64,000 nucleotides of DNA from contig OZ365110.1 in assembly GCA_977030845.1 (NCBI GenBank), positions 29,202,001 to 29,266,000 of the forward strand. Direction: 5' to 3'. Origin of the DNA: Fimbriosthenelais zetlandica (lineage: Eukaryota). The translations under genes were made by a program, and so were the position numbers. This document shows positions 22,771-35,300 of the stretch, in pieces (position 1 is the first letter of the stretch; every line of letters begins with the position of its first letter). Under the pieces are notes generated by a model that was given only the letters and a program-made list of their open reading frames with translations, searched no databases and had not been told where the DNA came from.

Positions 22771-25449
22771 TAAATACAATTAGTGTTCAAAATGCTGGGT
22801 TTTAGCAATGGTAGTCAGGAGTTGGAGCTTGATGAAGCAATCAATATTGCTCAGAACTTAACAAGGAATTTCAAAAGACGATATAGTAAGCGTAGAAGTC
22901 TTTTGTCTTTTCCTAATTGATTAATTAAAAGTGGAATGTAAAAATATTTGGAGCAGGATGAGACAAATGAAATATCCGGGTAGTTACGACGATTAAAGTT
23001 TGGTTATTTAAATATTAACATCAGGGGGATTAAATTGCGATTTGGGATGCAGAATATTTAAAGCTAAGGGAAAAGAGGATTGTGTTATGTATTATTATAT
23101 ATTAAATACATCGCCCAATGCACAGAAGGTGTCAGATTTAATTAGCCGCTAATATAGACAGATTTCCAGCTTCCATCTGCCCCCACCCGGGGATTAATCA
23201 TTAAACTGATTGACTCAGCTGCTGCTATTAACACACAAAACCTTGTCCTATTTGCTCATGGCCCCAGCAGTACGAGGTATAAACAAATAGCCCCATGATA
23301 TTTTCGGAATTATTATAAACAAATAAAAGGCACATCCCCATCTGTGACAGGCCAAGGCTCAGCCATGATTGGTCTTTGTCGATAAACATTTGTTCGGGTG
23401 ATCGAACTAGGGCTTTACCTTGCAAATCCATCCTACCATGTGTTCACAATAGATTTGTTCACTTTATAAATATTTTAAAATCTCTCTACATTTACTGGGC
23501 GTAAATGATTGGACAAATAATTGAATTTCTCTCTGAATTTACACAGTTATCCACCAAAATATAAATTTTACATGGATTGGTACAGGGGTTTTCATTACAG
23601 TTAAATACATGGGTGCAATTTGTGAATAGCAGTGGAATGGTTGTCGTTACGTAGTCCGTATACAGTACATATAAAACACTTGATATGTACATTCTATTCC
23701 ACAGTGGTTCTACAAAGGACGATACAGATAAAAGAATACTATCTGTATTGCTATATATATATACCTCCTCCCCAATTTAAATATTCAGACATCTGATATT
23801 CCAAATGCTGGAACAAACATGGGAATAAAAGCTGGAGTAGGGACATCTTTATTATACGCCTGGTGATGGATCCTTTCCTCCCTCTTCCACCAGATCTCTC
23901 TCGTTTATCATAATTCTACAGATATTCCTCCACTTGCCTTTGCCAATAAATGCTCCCTGTCTTCTGCCTGGAGAATTAGTGTCAGGGAGGTCGGCCCTCC
24001 CGGCACCACACCTCCGATGCTATCACTGCCCCTGACAGTGGTGGAGCATCGGTATAGCCACAAGGTGGCGTGGACTGTCGTCAGAGATTAGTTCTACTCT
24101 AGACAGACATCATCAAGGCCTCTACTCCTTGCCATTATTCCCACTTTACTTATGGAAGGTGAAGTTTTCGCCGGCTTTCACTGTCTAAGTGGGGATGCCT
24201 CATTGGGCCAATTAGGCACACAGCTTTTGTTGCATTTGGAAGTCCATAAGAAATGGAGTGTTAGAAATAGAATTTATGCTGCGTAAATTTCAAGACTTTA
24301 TTAGATATTCGTCTGCATTGGCTCATTTTTTTGTTAAGTAGAACAAAGCAATAGCAAAACCCAGTCCTAGGGAGGATCAGGTATCATCAGCCTTTCAGAT
24401 AATGGAAAAAGCAACGGATCAAATGTGAGCCAGTATAAAAGAAAAAGAGCTTATTTAAAATAGTTTCATCAGCTCAGACATATTGTGAATAATTACAATA
24501 TTCATATGGCAGACAAAAGAACCATGCATTTTTCTACCCCTCAGGCCTGTAATTGAATCTGAATATAGTGTAGGCCATGCATTTTCTCTTTCCCCTTTGG
24601 ACAGGGCTTCCACTGAGTGTCAGGCTTTTTTACCTTGTTCATACAGCCCAACTAACCCCAGTGGGAGAGGTCGTTCATTGTACTCTTTGTTCTGTGAACG
24701 TTTGAGATAAGAATATCATGCTCTCCCTGCCTGCCTCTACTCATCCCCAGGACACAGTGTCGTGCCAGATCTGACGATTGCGTGCAAACCATTTTAGGGC
24801 CAGGATCGAGAAACTCCTTCAACATTTAAAACTAAATTCATTGTCTAACAAGGTTGCAAACGCCACTATTAATAGGCGTTTGAATATGGAAGAACTAGAT
24901 CAAATATCAGAGAAAGCAAGTAACGGAAGGGGTATGTGATGCAGAAAATTGGAATGTCTGGTTTGGATAAGTCAACAATGATCAGAGATTTTAAAGCAGA
25001 CGAGTAAACTTCAGTGAGGCGACATGCTCGAAGCAGGAGAGTGTTGAAATTCATCTTGCAAGGTATGCAAGGGAAAAATTGGGTGGGAAAGACTGGGTGG
25101 AATAAAGTCACATCAAGAAACAGGAGGCCCTCTGTTCAGACAGGAAGAGCTGATACAACCCATTTACACTACGAGAATAAAAACTGACCTTAATTGGTAA
25201 ATTCAATCAAGGTAAAAAAACGGTCCTTTAAAATGAAGAAAGAACAAAAAGCCTTGCTAAAATTTTTGTTATAAAACCCATTTAGTTTGGATTTGGCCAA
25301 AAAATTGTAAGGCAAATTTCAGATGGCCATGAATAAGTTAAGCACTCTTTTCATGAAACTGACGCCATAAAGTTCATTTAACTTAAAAACTGAACTGTTT
25401 GATTCAGTTTTTCTTTGACGCCACGTTATCGCCTGACTGTGTCTTTCAA

Positions 25450-25810
25450 CAGCTCCTGATGGGTGTGTGAATGAATTGATCTAAATATGCAGCAGAGATC
25501 TGTGAGGCTATTCATGTCTAGAAGTGTTACATCTGATGGACTATGCAGAGAGACTATATGTTCCCCCAGTTCCTTCAGCAGTTGATTTCTGAGTGGTCTA
25601 GGAACAAGCCTTGGGATCAAAGCATAACTTGAAATATGAGAGAAATATGAGTGTAGGAGGAGCATGAGTGGGGGCGCTGCATGTCGTCCTCCTGCCGTCG
25701 TCATGGAGACACGTCCTCCATGGTTCCTCTTCTGATCTAGACCACGTGACACGTACCCCACATAGTCACAATGATTCATCTCCCCCAGATAACAACCCTT
25801 CATCCCACCA
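25450..25810 (-). mobile_element. Decayed Rex1/Babar-like RT C-terminal fragment
   Basis: GLLSGGDES (cf. GLIS.GDES), LHDDGRR (cf. IIDFRR) and FKLCFDPK (cf. YKYLG..D.KL), in order. Confidence 0.5.
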
Positions 25811-26576
25811 TTGATACTCATACTGGATCTTTAAGTCAAAATGGCTTGTTTTATTAATCATTTATAAATTAATAGAACATGTGCGCTGACATAGGCATTT
25901 CCGTAACATGATTTTAATGCAGGATGGGGAGAAGGGCGCAATGGTACAAAAAAGAAGGGAGGAAGGAAGGAAAGAAGGGAAGGATAAAATGAAGGAAACT
26001 TTAACTATAAGAAGCTTGCAAAGCTAGAGAACAGTCAAATATACTGATGCAGGTTTATGGGCGACATGTCAAACTTTGATCGAGAAACCCAGAATTGAAA
26101 TCAAATAAGTCAAAAGACAACCATTTCAGAAATACAATATCTAGGCTGGATTCTCAATACATCAGAGGCAATGTCTTATAACCTGATTTTAGATCTTGAA
26201 ATGGGAGAGCATTGCAAAGGGGTGCAGCACTGGGGGATGGTGGGGGTTTATGTGGGATGGGGAATGAGGGCAGTGGGGGTGGCCTATATTCATAAGCATA
26301 TAAATCATGACCAGACCACAGTTGTAGGAATGGGTGCCATCCGTCTGGCATGTCTTTGCAGCAGGATAAAACTAGCCTCAGAGGCAACCATTACTAATAG
26401 CATACCCTGCTCCAAGCTATGTCACTGGCAATGACCCAAAATCTGTATTCCCAGATTTGTGGCTTGCAGGACATTATTTCCATGCAGCATGTCTATTATG
26501 TCAACTCATTTGCACATAGTGGACATGGCAGAGTATTTACTCACCAGATTGATATTTCTCTCCTTCTGCGTTTCAG

Positions 26577-26816
26577 AACAGAATATAGCTCATGGGGATC
26601 AGGTCACTTTGCCTGGAGACAGAGTGGAAAACGATGGCCCCATGTTCTGACATATTGAAAAATGACTGTCCCGGAAAGTCCAAGGAGGCAAAGCAAGAGA
26701 GGAATACAAGAAACCACTAATGCAGCAAAATGGTTCAATAGAATGCAACCGCTTTACTGAAAAAAGGTCCTTGTATTCTGCGGTTGCAGTCTAATCCTGA
26801 AGAAGGCATACAAAAG
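26577..26816 (+). other. Pseudo-exon (240 nt) with stops in all frames
   Basis: Acceptor tttctctccttctgcgtttcag|A and donor AAG|gtaaga. Confidence 0.3.
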
Positions 26817-28543
26817 GTAAGAGACTAATCCGTGCATGAATAATGATATAGAAAAGGAGTAGGGGGATTTACAAGGGCTTTGACTGGCTTTTTAAGGTGA
26901 ACGACCCACCATATACCACTGCTTTAAAAATGGAAAAAACAGTCATCTGCCAATTGCCTGAGAAATTGCCCTAGTCGAAGCAGGACATTTTTACTCCAAG
27001 CTACCACCCTATAGAAAAGGCATTTTAATCACAATTCATCCATTGCGAGACTTAATTTCATTTCACTTTCTGTCCCCCATCTCCCGTGGGACTATGAGCA
27101 CTTGTTGAGCTGAAATATTCACAACATGCAGATGGTATTTTCCAGCCTGTATTTGTGTTAGCATCAGAGATGCCATAATACATAGAAGTGTAATGGCTGA
27201 TACCAGCATATGTGGAACCAAGCTTGATGTCATCCTATACAGAATGATAATAATGGGTGAAGATGGATCATCAGGGCCCATTTGCCGTGGTAACAGCTTG
27301 CTAGGGACCCATTCATACAGTGCACATCAGTAATGCTGAACGTTTAATGCAAACACGATTGAAAAGCCAGAAAGGCTATTTTTCCGAACTCAAACAAGAT
27401 TTGCAAGTCGCGGTGCATCTTCAGCATCTACACAACAATCTGTGCGACTCTGGGGATGAATTTATCGAAAGAGCGAGTTGTTTTTTTTCTGCATGCCTTT
27501 TATAATCAGAGTAAAACCTCAGGTAGCACTGAACTTATCAGTGCCCTCACAGAGCAGTTTCTAATATGCCACATTGACCTTCTAACCCGTCAGCCATGGA
27601 CACCTCGCGGCTGGCAGAAGGAAGGACAAAGGTCCTCTACCAGTACCAGTACCAGAACCTGGATGGATGTGGGCAGTATATGTGCTAAAATAATATAACA
27701 AACCGCACGGTGTATTGCTTCAATCTTCCCGCCAACACTTTATATAATTATCAAAGAGAAACATACATTGGGTTTGGGTGCGCCCATGCTTGCGGTAAAA
27801 ACCAAACCCAATACAATACCCTTTCAAACTTCATCCATATTGATATTTCATGGGGTTGTTTTTTGTTATTTGTTTTTAAATCGGCCTCTTCTGCATCATT
27901 TTTCTTTCCATAATTTGTAACGCAGAGAAAAGAGAGGTCACAATGATTTCCCAAATGCATCCGCCAATCGAGAAAATGTCAAAATAGTTCCCGATGGTAG
28001 TTATTTTTTTGTTAAAAACAGAAATAAAAGTATGGGAGTTGGTTTTCTCTTTAAAGCTGCCTTATAAGAATACAAATGAAATGAAACTGTTATTGTTCAT
28101 TTACCAGTCCCAAGAATTGTCACTGATCGAAGCACGAATGGTAACCCATATTCAGCCTTGTAGCATAATGGATATCCCTAAACCCTGGGGCTCATACTAT
28201 AGCGGCGAGTCTCCAAGCGATAGCAGCTCGAGAACCAATGCTTGTTATTTTAACAGTCCTTTATACCAAGCTAACCACTGACAAAATTACAAGCATTGGG
28301 TGTGCTAGAAATACGGTATCGCGCTGAGCTATATCGCTTGGAGAACCGCCTCTATGTGCCCCAGGCTTAATACAGTACAAAAAGCCATTGCGTCAGGGCT
28401 GTCTATGATGTGACCTCGTCAGCCATCATTTCACCCACACACACGGAAACACAGGTGTACATCTATAACAATTAATGTTCATTGTTTATAACAGAGACCT
28501 ATTTGTGGCATATTAGCCAAATAAAGGAAATAAGGAGTCTTAC

Positions 28544-28631
28544 CTGTGAAAGCTGTTAACCTACTCAAATAGGGGCGTGGCTGGAGGGTATAGCGCAGGT
28601 CTCCAAGTCCTCTTCAATATTTAAGTGGGAC
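28544..28631 (-). other. Exon-like segment (88 nt), non-coding
   Basis: Acceptor cttgatctcttcttttccactctag|G and donor CAG|gtaaga. Stops in all three frames. Confidence 0.4.
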
Positions 28632-31600
28632 CTAGAGTGGAAAAGAAGAGATCAAGTAAACATGTCAAAAAGATATAGGAACACTTCTAGATCTAAAGAA
28701 TCTACTAAAGCAAGAAGGATCTTCAACCGTAGGACGACAGAAGATTGGATACAAAAAAGATTTATAAATATCAAAAGAAACTTCCGTATATTTCAGGTTA
28801 TTAGGGTCTAGCGCACATGGTTTCCCTTCATTTTCTAATCTTTAATTTTTCAACCAAAATAAGGAATTTAATTTAAGATACCCAGAATATATTGTTATAA
28901 ATTAATTTGGCCACATGGGTCTAATGCTCTATCAATTTTTACATTGAAACACAGTTACAACGCATTGTATAATTATCCCTGTATTATAAACAGTGTACTA
29001 TATTTGTATGAGATAATAATGTATCATGCTTTCTCTAGATTAATAACCATCATAAAGAATTCATCGATACAGTAACCTGCGTATTGTCATGTTATAAATG
29101 TAAGCCTATAACCTATACAACCAATACAGAATGAAAGCCTGCAAGAGCTGATGGTAAAAACAAATAGCCTTGTCAGTCTTGAGCATTACACCATCTTCCA
29201 TCATAATTACCAGCTCGCCTTCACGTACTAGTAATGTGAAAGACTGAGCGTAATACTCCTATAGTATAGCCAGCCAGGCGTTCTATACATTAACATATAC
29301 ACATCATAGGGATGTTACCCAATACTAACAACCGCGCTTTTTACAGGCTCTTTGAATCATTCATTTGTGTGCCCACAAGATGTATAGTGTGGAATTTTTA
29401 TAATTAATCTGTAATTAAGATAATGATATCTTGCTTAACAATGGTGTATAATTACAGTAATTTATGCATTAAGGACTTTTTGTTTTCAGGTAGAATCCTA
29501 CCAGTGTGTACGAAGAGTAATTGGGAAGAAGCTTGGTTTGAAGTCAATGATTCATCAGCAATATAATCCAATATCTCGATTACTTGACTAGACTAAAGCC
29601 CTATGGCTATGCAATGTTCGGCTTGTCAATGTGGTTGTCAAAGGGACCAACAAAAATAAGACACTTGCCATCCTGGCCTTTATCATTTGAATTTCAAGCC
29701 TTCGCCAACAGTACATTTAGTTGCACAACATAAAGTCAGCGTGCCTCATTTCTGTGATTAGTTTCAATGGCATGTTGTTTTAGAAGAGAATCTCTGGTCA
29801 GGGATTTCGCTTGATGAAATTGTCATCAATTAAGATTATGGTCTGGCGTCTCGGACACATTGCCAGCAGTTTAGTGGGAGGGATTGGGGTTAGAGTTGGT
29901 CCGTCCCGGTAAATTTATTGCTGTCTAAATCCTCTGTATCCATCTAGCGAGGACCAAGGGATTAATGCGCACTCTGAGAATTAGAAAAATCTGAAATCTT
30001 CCCAAAATAAACCGGCAGAAATGGAGGCAGAAATGATCTCAGGGGAACGTTAGACATGAAGAGAAGAAACCAGACCGTTAATATCTAGCTAATAGCTCAT
30101 TCCATTTTGCAACGAAAACGAAAGTAGATTTTTAATTGACATTTCACTGAATGACCCACATTTGAACAATTCGCATACTTTTAATATAAACAATAGGGAT
30201 TCATAAGAATACAATTTTTGTTGCCCTGAAATATTGGTTTTAAAAATATGCTTCTATACTATGGTTTCTGTTAGTTAACACTATTGTGAAATACATCATG
30301 AACAGCCGGGGACTATATATAGAGGTTAAATGGCTTCTCAAACGCTGGCTTTTACCACGATAAGTGAAAAGGTAGTCTTTACTGTTTAATCAGTTAGTAG
30401 TAAAAGCAGTGATAGGATTACTAGAACCTGGGACACGCCCCACCTGTGGCTCTCCCCACTATTAACAGAGCTGCTAATCAAACAATTCAGCATCTCACAC
30501 TGCTAAAATGACTCTATAAATATATATTACATATATCTTCCATGTTTCCCCTCTACTTTAGCCAATTTCTCACGAGTTATATTAGCAGATCATAACAATG
30601 ACACCACAGTGCACTGCTGTAGGTAGACATCGTATAAACATGTCCCCATCTGTTTAGTCAGGAGTGTAAATGCAATTGCGCGATGCTGATTTGATTTCCC
30701 AAGGTCAAAACCTGGAGTGAAAGTCAATTTCCGAAAACAATTAAAGGCACTTTAAGCTTCTAATGGAAAAGCCAGTACATGTATAGGGTCGTACACAGGC
30801 TGGAAAATATGCCAGATCCCGATTGATTCGCACCTGTATGGCAAGTGTGTGATTTGAGCTGAGTTCTCGACATGATATGATCCTGGGTGTTTCAGCGACG
30901 TTAAAGCGTCAAAATCAATGTTTGAGCTTGGTTCAAAATTGATACTTGAAGTTGAATACATAAAGGACTTTGGTGGTTTTGTACCACTGTTTTGTAGTCT
31001 CCATTAATATTTCAACATAAAGAAATACAAAGATCTACACATTCTGGCCATTGTATAACCATAGACTAAAGCGTTGTTATACTTGTAATGGCCAGATTGT
31101 ACCATAAATGGCATAACCTCGAAAATATGGGAAGATGAGTCATACTTGTAGAGCCCTGCATGTAGTATTAGATAATTTGCTGAAACTCGCTGCAAAGTTT
31201 ATAATATTATGTATAACTTTTATAGCATATAATGGGATCACTTAATAGATTTTAGTGTTGTTTTTCGAGAATTCGTCCTCGTTTTATTCATTGGAAAATA
31301 AGTCTCTCCAAATGATTTGTAGCGTTAAGCATGAATAGGGGACTGGAAGGTAATATTGCTGAACGACCCAGGGCTAGGCCTGCAGAATCCCATCTATTGT
31401 GAGCGGTCTAGTGGAACTGGGAGGAGGGGAGAGTGTGGTGGGGGTTGGGGGTGGGGGGAACTTTGGGGCGAGCACGGGTGAAATCCGACTAGTAACCCCT
31501 GATGTCCCCTACAACTGTTATTGATGGCCTCCTCTGTATTCCTACTGATCCCAACAATATATGTTATGATGAAATCTAAGAACGACAGGCGAGACATGGC

Positions 31601-31726
31601 GGGATGCTGAATCATTCAACGCTCAATGTTGAATCGTATATAACTGTAGGAAATACTGAAGTTTAAGTTGAAGAGGAAGTCCAACAGCCATCATCCCATT
31701 ATAACCGACAGAGCTGCCGAGAGGGA

Positions 31727-31744
31727 GGGGGGGGGGGGGGGGGG
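31727..31744. repeat. G18 homopolymer
   Basis: Read directly. Confidence 0.95.
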
Positions 31745-32252
31745 AGAGAGACAGAACGGTGAAGAAATTGGACCTTGACCATACTATAGTCTCGTCCAAA
31801 TCTTGCAAAACTTTTGTGAATGATGGGTCGATATTTAGAAGGATAAGGCTTCAGAATGAATGGTTATTTAAACTGACCTGCAACTGTGAGCATTAAAAAC
31901 ATTAAGTTGACAACTATTGAATGCAATCTGATGATTCGGAAAGGCATTCAAAACATAGCCGGCACCTAGAGTGACTAAGATGTTTTTTTTTAAACAAATC
32001 TGATGATTTGGGATTGTGTGATCCCTCATAAAACATTTGATCTTTGTCTTTCACAGAACTTGGTTTATTCATGTGAATCAATGCATTGTACTGTGATGTG
32101 ACTTTCATGCATACAATTTGGGAATTAAATTCCATTCTGCTTAAAACACCCTGAACGAAGGGCGGATAATGTAATATCAATTGTCAATAGATTAGCATTT
32201 TTAAACACATCAATCCCACATTTTGTAGTCTTTCCAAATTAACATTATATTC

Positions 32253-32347
32253 ATCAGATAAGCTGGGATTTGAACCCCAAAACCTTGTAAAAATCCATAC
32301 GAGGCAGCGTGAGCAGGCGCCACGTTCACCACTTGAGCCTTTTTGAC
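32253..32347 (-). pseudogene. tRNA-Leu-like pseudogene or tRNA-derived SINE head
   Basis: Minus strand reads GTCAAAAAGGCTCAAGTGGTGAACGTGGCGCCTGCTCACG...GGGGTTCAAATCCCAGCTTATCTGAT. A box at 32328-32339 and B box at 32265-32276. Both ends resemble tRNA-Leu (GTCAGGATGGCCGAGTGGT...GGCGCCAGACTCAAG...CCCACTTCTGACA), but the stems are broken. Confidence 0.55.
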
Positions 32348-33163
32348 ACTGTTTACTGCCAATTGATGAAGGATGGATATCGGACATTGGTTTTTTTGAG
32401 GATTAATGTGAGAACATGGACACATATTGATCAGGGCTAAGTGGTGTTGATGGGGAGAGGCCTGATAGAGTGTAGGCCGTGCTATTGACATTGTTTCTCC
32501 TCGTGTTTGACAATGCATTGTTCATAGTCGACTTCATTGCGGGCTCTGATCCTCCCCAGTACAGCTCTGATATCAATTTTTTAAGCTTCATTCGAAAATG
32601 TGATATGTTGCGACACTATACGTGATAGTTGAAATTTGCGACTTTATTTTTAGCCGTTTCACAGAGTCAGTTGTGAATTATATTCTGTTTTTGACAAACA
32701 CAAAAAAGGAGCAGGCGGATGAAAAGTGATCATAACGCCAACCAAAAGCTCAGCATGAAGAGCTTAAATAAGGACCTATTAAGTTACAGATGAGAAAAGG
32801 TTAGGATGGGAAATTAATTTGTTCCATATAAAGAATGTTATCAGGATCCGGGAAAAATATAGAACACGCGTCAATAATCGATTTGAAATTTATGGCCAAG
32901 GAAATTATTAGTGGCGGGGTAAAGGATGCAAGGTGATAACGAAAACACTATGTAAAGCGCCAGAGCTAAGTAGGTCTACATGTATTCTGATATCTCGTAA
33001 TTCCTTTCCTGCTGACTCATGTTTTAGCAGGTAATATTTGTTTACACCCAGCTCCCAGCAAAGGCAGCAAGCCGACTCTGACTAATTAGACGAGTAACCA
33101 TGGGATACATGTCAGTACCAGAACCATGGTAGTAAAGGAGTGGTGGTCTGATGGTGGTGAGGT

Positions 33164-33230
33164 GGGGGGGGGGGGGGGAGGTGATTGGGGGTGGGTTAGG
33201 TGAAGGGGAGGGGGGCTGAAGGTCGGGCAC
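33164..33230. repeat. G15 homopolymer plus further G-runs
   Basis: Read directly. Confidence 0.9.
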
Positions 33231-33689
33231 AGAGGGTCCTTGATGAGCACGATTCGCAATGGAATTCATAAAGTGATGAGTAGTTGAAAGGAAGTAGTGG
33301 AAAACTAAGGAATGGGCAGCAGAGACCTAAGAGAACAAAGGATCTAGTCAATGACCAGGACAGGAAATGGTGGAGCAGCTGGAGCAGCTGGAGCAGATGC
33401 CAAAGCAAGAACAGGTGCAACAAAAATAACATAAGAAGGAAAGGGTCATGGCTTAATTACAACAGTAACCTGTAAACAGATGCTTCAGAAAGAGTGCGTT
33501 TCCGAGACAGGCGAGAGGGAAAGGAAGAGCCAAGACCTTCCTGATCCGAGACCCCCATATCTCTTCCCTTGCCTGACGTACCCCCCTCTATGGTTGGCCT
33601 TCTAACCTAGGCCTGGTCAGCAGGCACCCACTTTCTGACAGCAACTCTCACAGCCTTCCGCTACCAGCATGCAATATCTTGACATGCCG

Positions 33690-35300
33690 CCTTCAGGAAA
33701 GCAATTATGTCAACCGTCGGCACATGATGATTGCTGTCAAGCGGGGCATTCATCACCGAGGTCCGGGACCCTGCGGCCTCGCCCGCCTGTCGGTCCCAGC
33801 CTCCGCTCTCCAATTTTATCGCCGGGCTGCTGGACAATGTAGACAGGAGCCAGAGCCAGGCCTGATGTATAGGGAGAAGAGTCCTGAAGGTGGAACAGAC
33901 ACCGGAACTGTTATTAAGCAGTCACACTCACTGTTTGCCGGCTGGACCTGCAAGTAGTTGCTTCCTCATTACACAATCTGGCATGGGAAGTGGAGAAAAA
34001 CAGGCCACTGGTCCATTTATCAGACAGTGGTGAGAGAATTGTAGTCTAATGAATACTGGGCCACTGTGAGGGTGATTTGAGCAGTTAGTTCCCCCCGGGT
34101 GGAGCCTTCTCTTTCCCTTAGGGATCTGAGAAGAACCATTGGTCACCTGCGTGACGGTATTCGCCCCCCAGTGAAGACCTGGATTTAACACGTGATTGCT
34201 GAGGTAGCAGCCTCAGGCACCAAGAGGGAATTGGCCACGGCCAGAGGGGAGCACTTGTTGGTCAGTCATGGCAGATGTATTACCAATGCCAGTGGAAGGG
34301 GTTAATGGTGAGAAGTGAGGCTTGGATAAGGTGCATTCAGGCAGCAAGTGTTGTGGGAGAGGTGCCGGGGTCAAGCCCCCCAGACACCTAGCCCTCACAC
34401 CTCTAGTGGTCCCATCTAATGGCTACAGCCAGATGGTGCAGACATGCTGATCGTTGCTCCATTTTTGTCGAGTACGTTCTCCATTAAAACCAATCTGGCT
34501 GCAAGTCAGCCTGGCAGGCCAACCCCAAGTCAGCTGACACTTGACATGATCAGCCAGCAGGCGGCAGCCCAGCCTCTTCACCTATCGATCTTAATGCTGA
34601 CACTTGATGATCACGATCACAGTGCCCTCCAGTGGGGCTGCCCCCCCACCCCCAACCCACCATCATCACACCACTCTGTAAGACACTCATTATAGCAATC
34701 TTCAAGATGAGCAAGAGCAATTGAACCTCGTCCCCGAGCTGGAATTAGCTCAGAATATACACGGTAGAAATTCTGAAAGCTTTTCAATTGCCTGCCCAGA
34801 AAGTGACATTGTATTCTGGAGAAGAGAAAATCAGCCCTCCAGTCACATGTCCACAAACAAGTCTCTCCCTGACCTCATCTCTGTCTCTGGCGCATGTGCT
34901 GGTGGTGGGAGGAGGAGAGCTTCTGGTAGGGGCCACTAGGTGGCTGGCAGACAGTGGAAGGAGGGAGGCTGCGTTGCGGAGTCAAGCGTTAGTCTCGTGA
35001 ACACCAGTGTGGTTGTAGCATCGGCAGCAGTTCCCAAAGCAACAATATTAAGACTACCATTGGCATAGGATTGAGGGAGGGCTGGTTGAACACTTAGTGG
35101 AGGAGTAGGAGGGGGAAGTCCACTGTGTTAAAGTGGTATCTTGCAATGCTCATTCCATAACTACTCCTGCTCCTCCATCTCACACTTAACACAAACCATT
35201 CTCCGCAAAGTGGTCCAACATGACCAACCATCTTCCCTCTCCACCAGTCAATACCGGGGGACATGTCTAAAGTCATCTCAACCTCCGATCGGATTAGGTA
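33690..35300 (+). mobile_element. Decayed Rex1/Babar-like LINE: 5' leader, endonuclease and start of RT
   Basis: KRGIHHRG...ARL at 33739 (cf. RKRG.RGG.RARL), PPL...LLDNV, VTVFAPS (cf. AVYIPP), LDKVH, RRASGRGH*VAGRQWKE at ~34910 (cf. RKASGPDGVSGRVLKE), AVPK. Many stops and frameshifts. Confidence 0.62.

Noticed and set aside
25620-25760. Ty3/gypsy RNase H (ERNMS...WRHVLHG) on the plus strand
   Set aside because: Motif spacing is off, and the minus strand gives an ordered Rex-type RT match (GLLSGGDES...).
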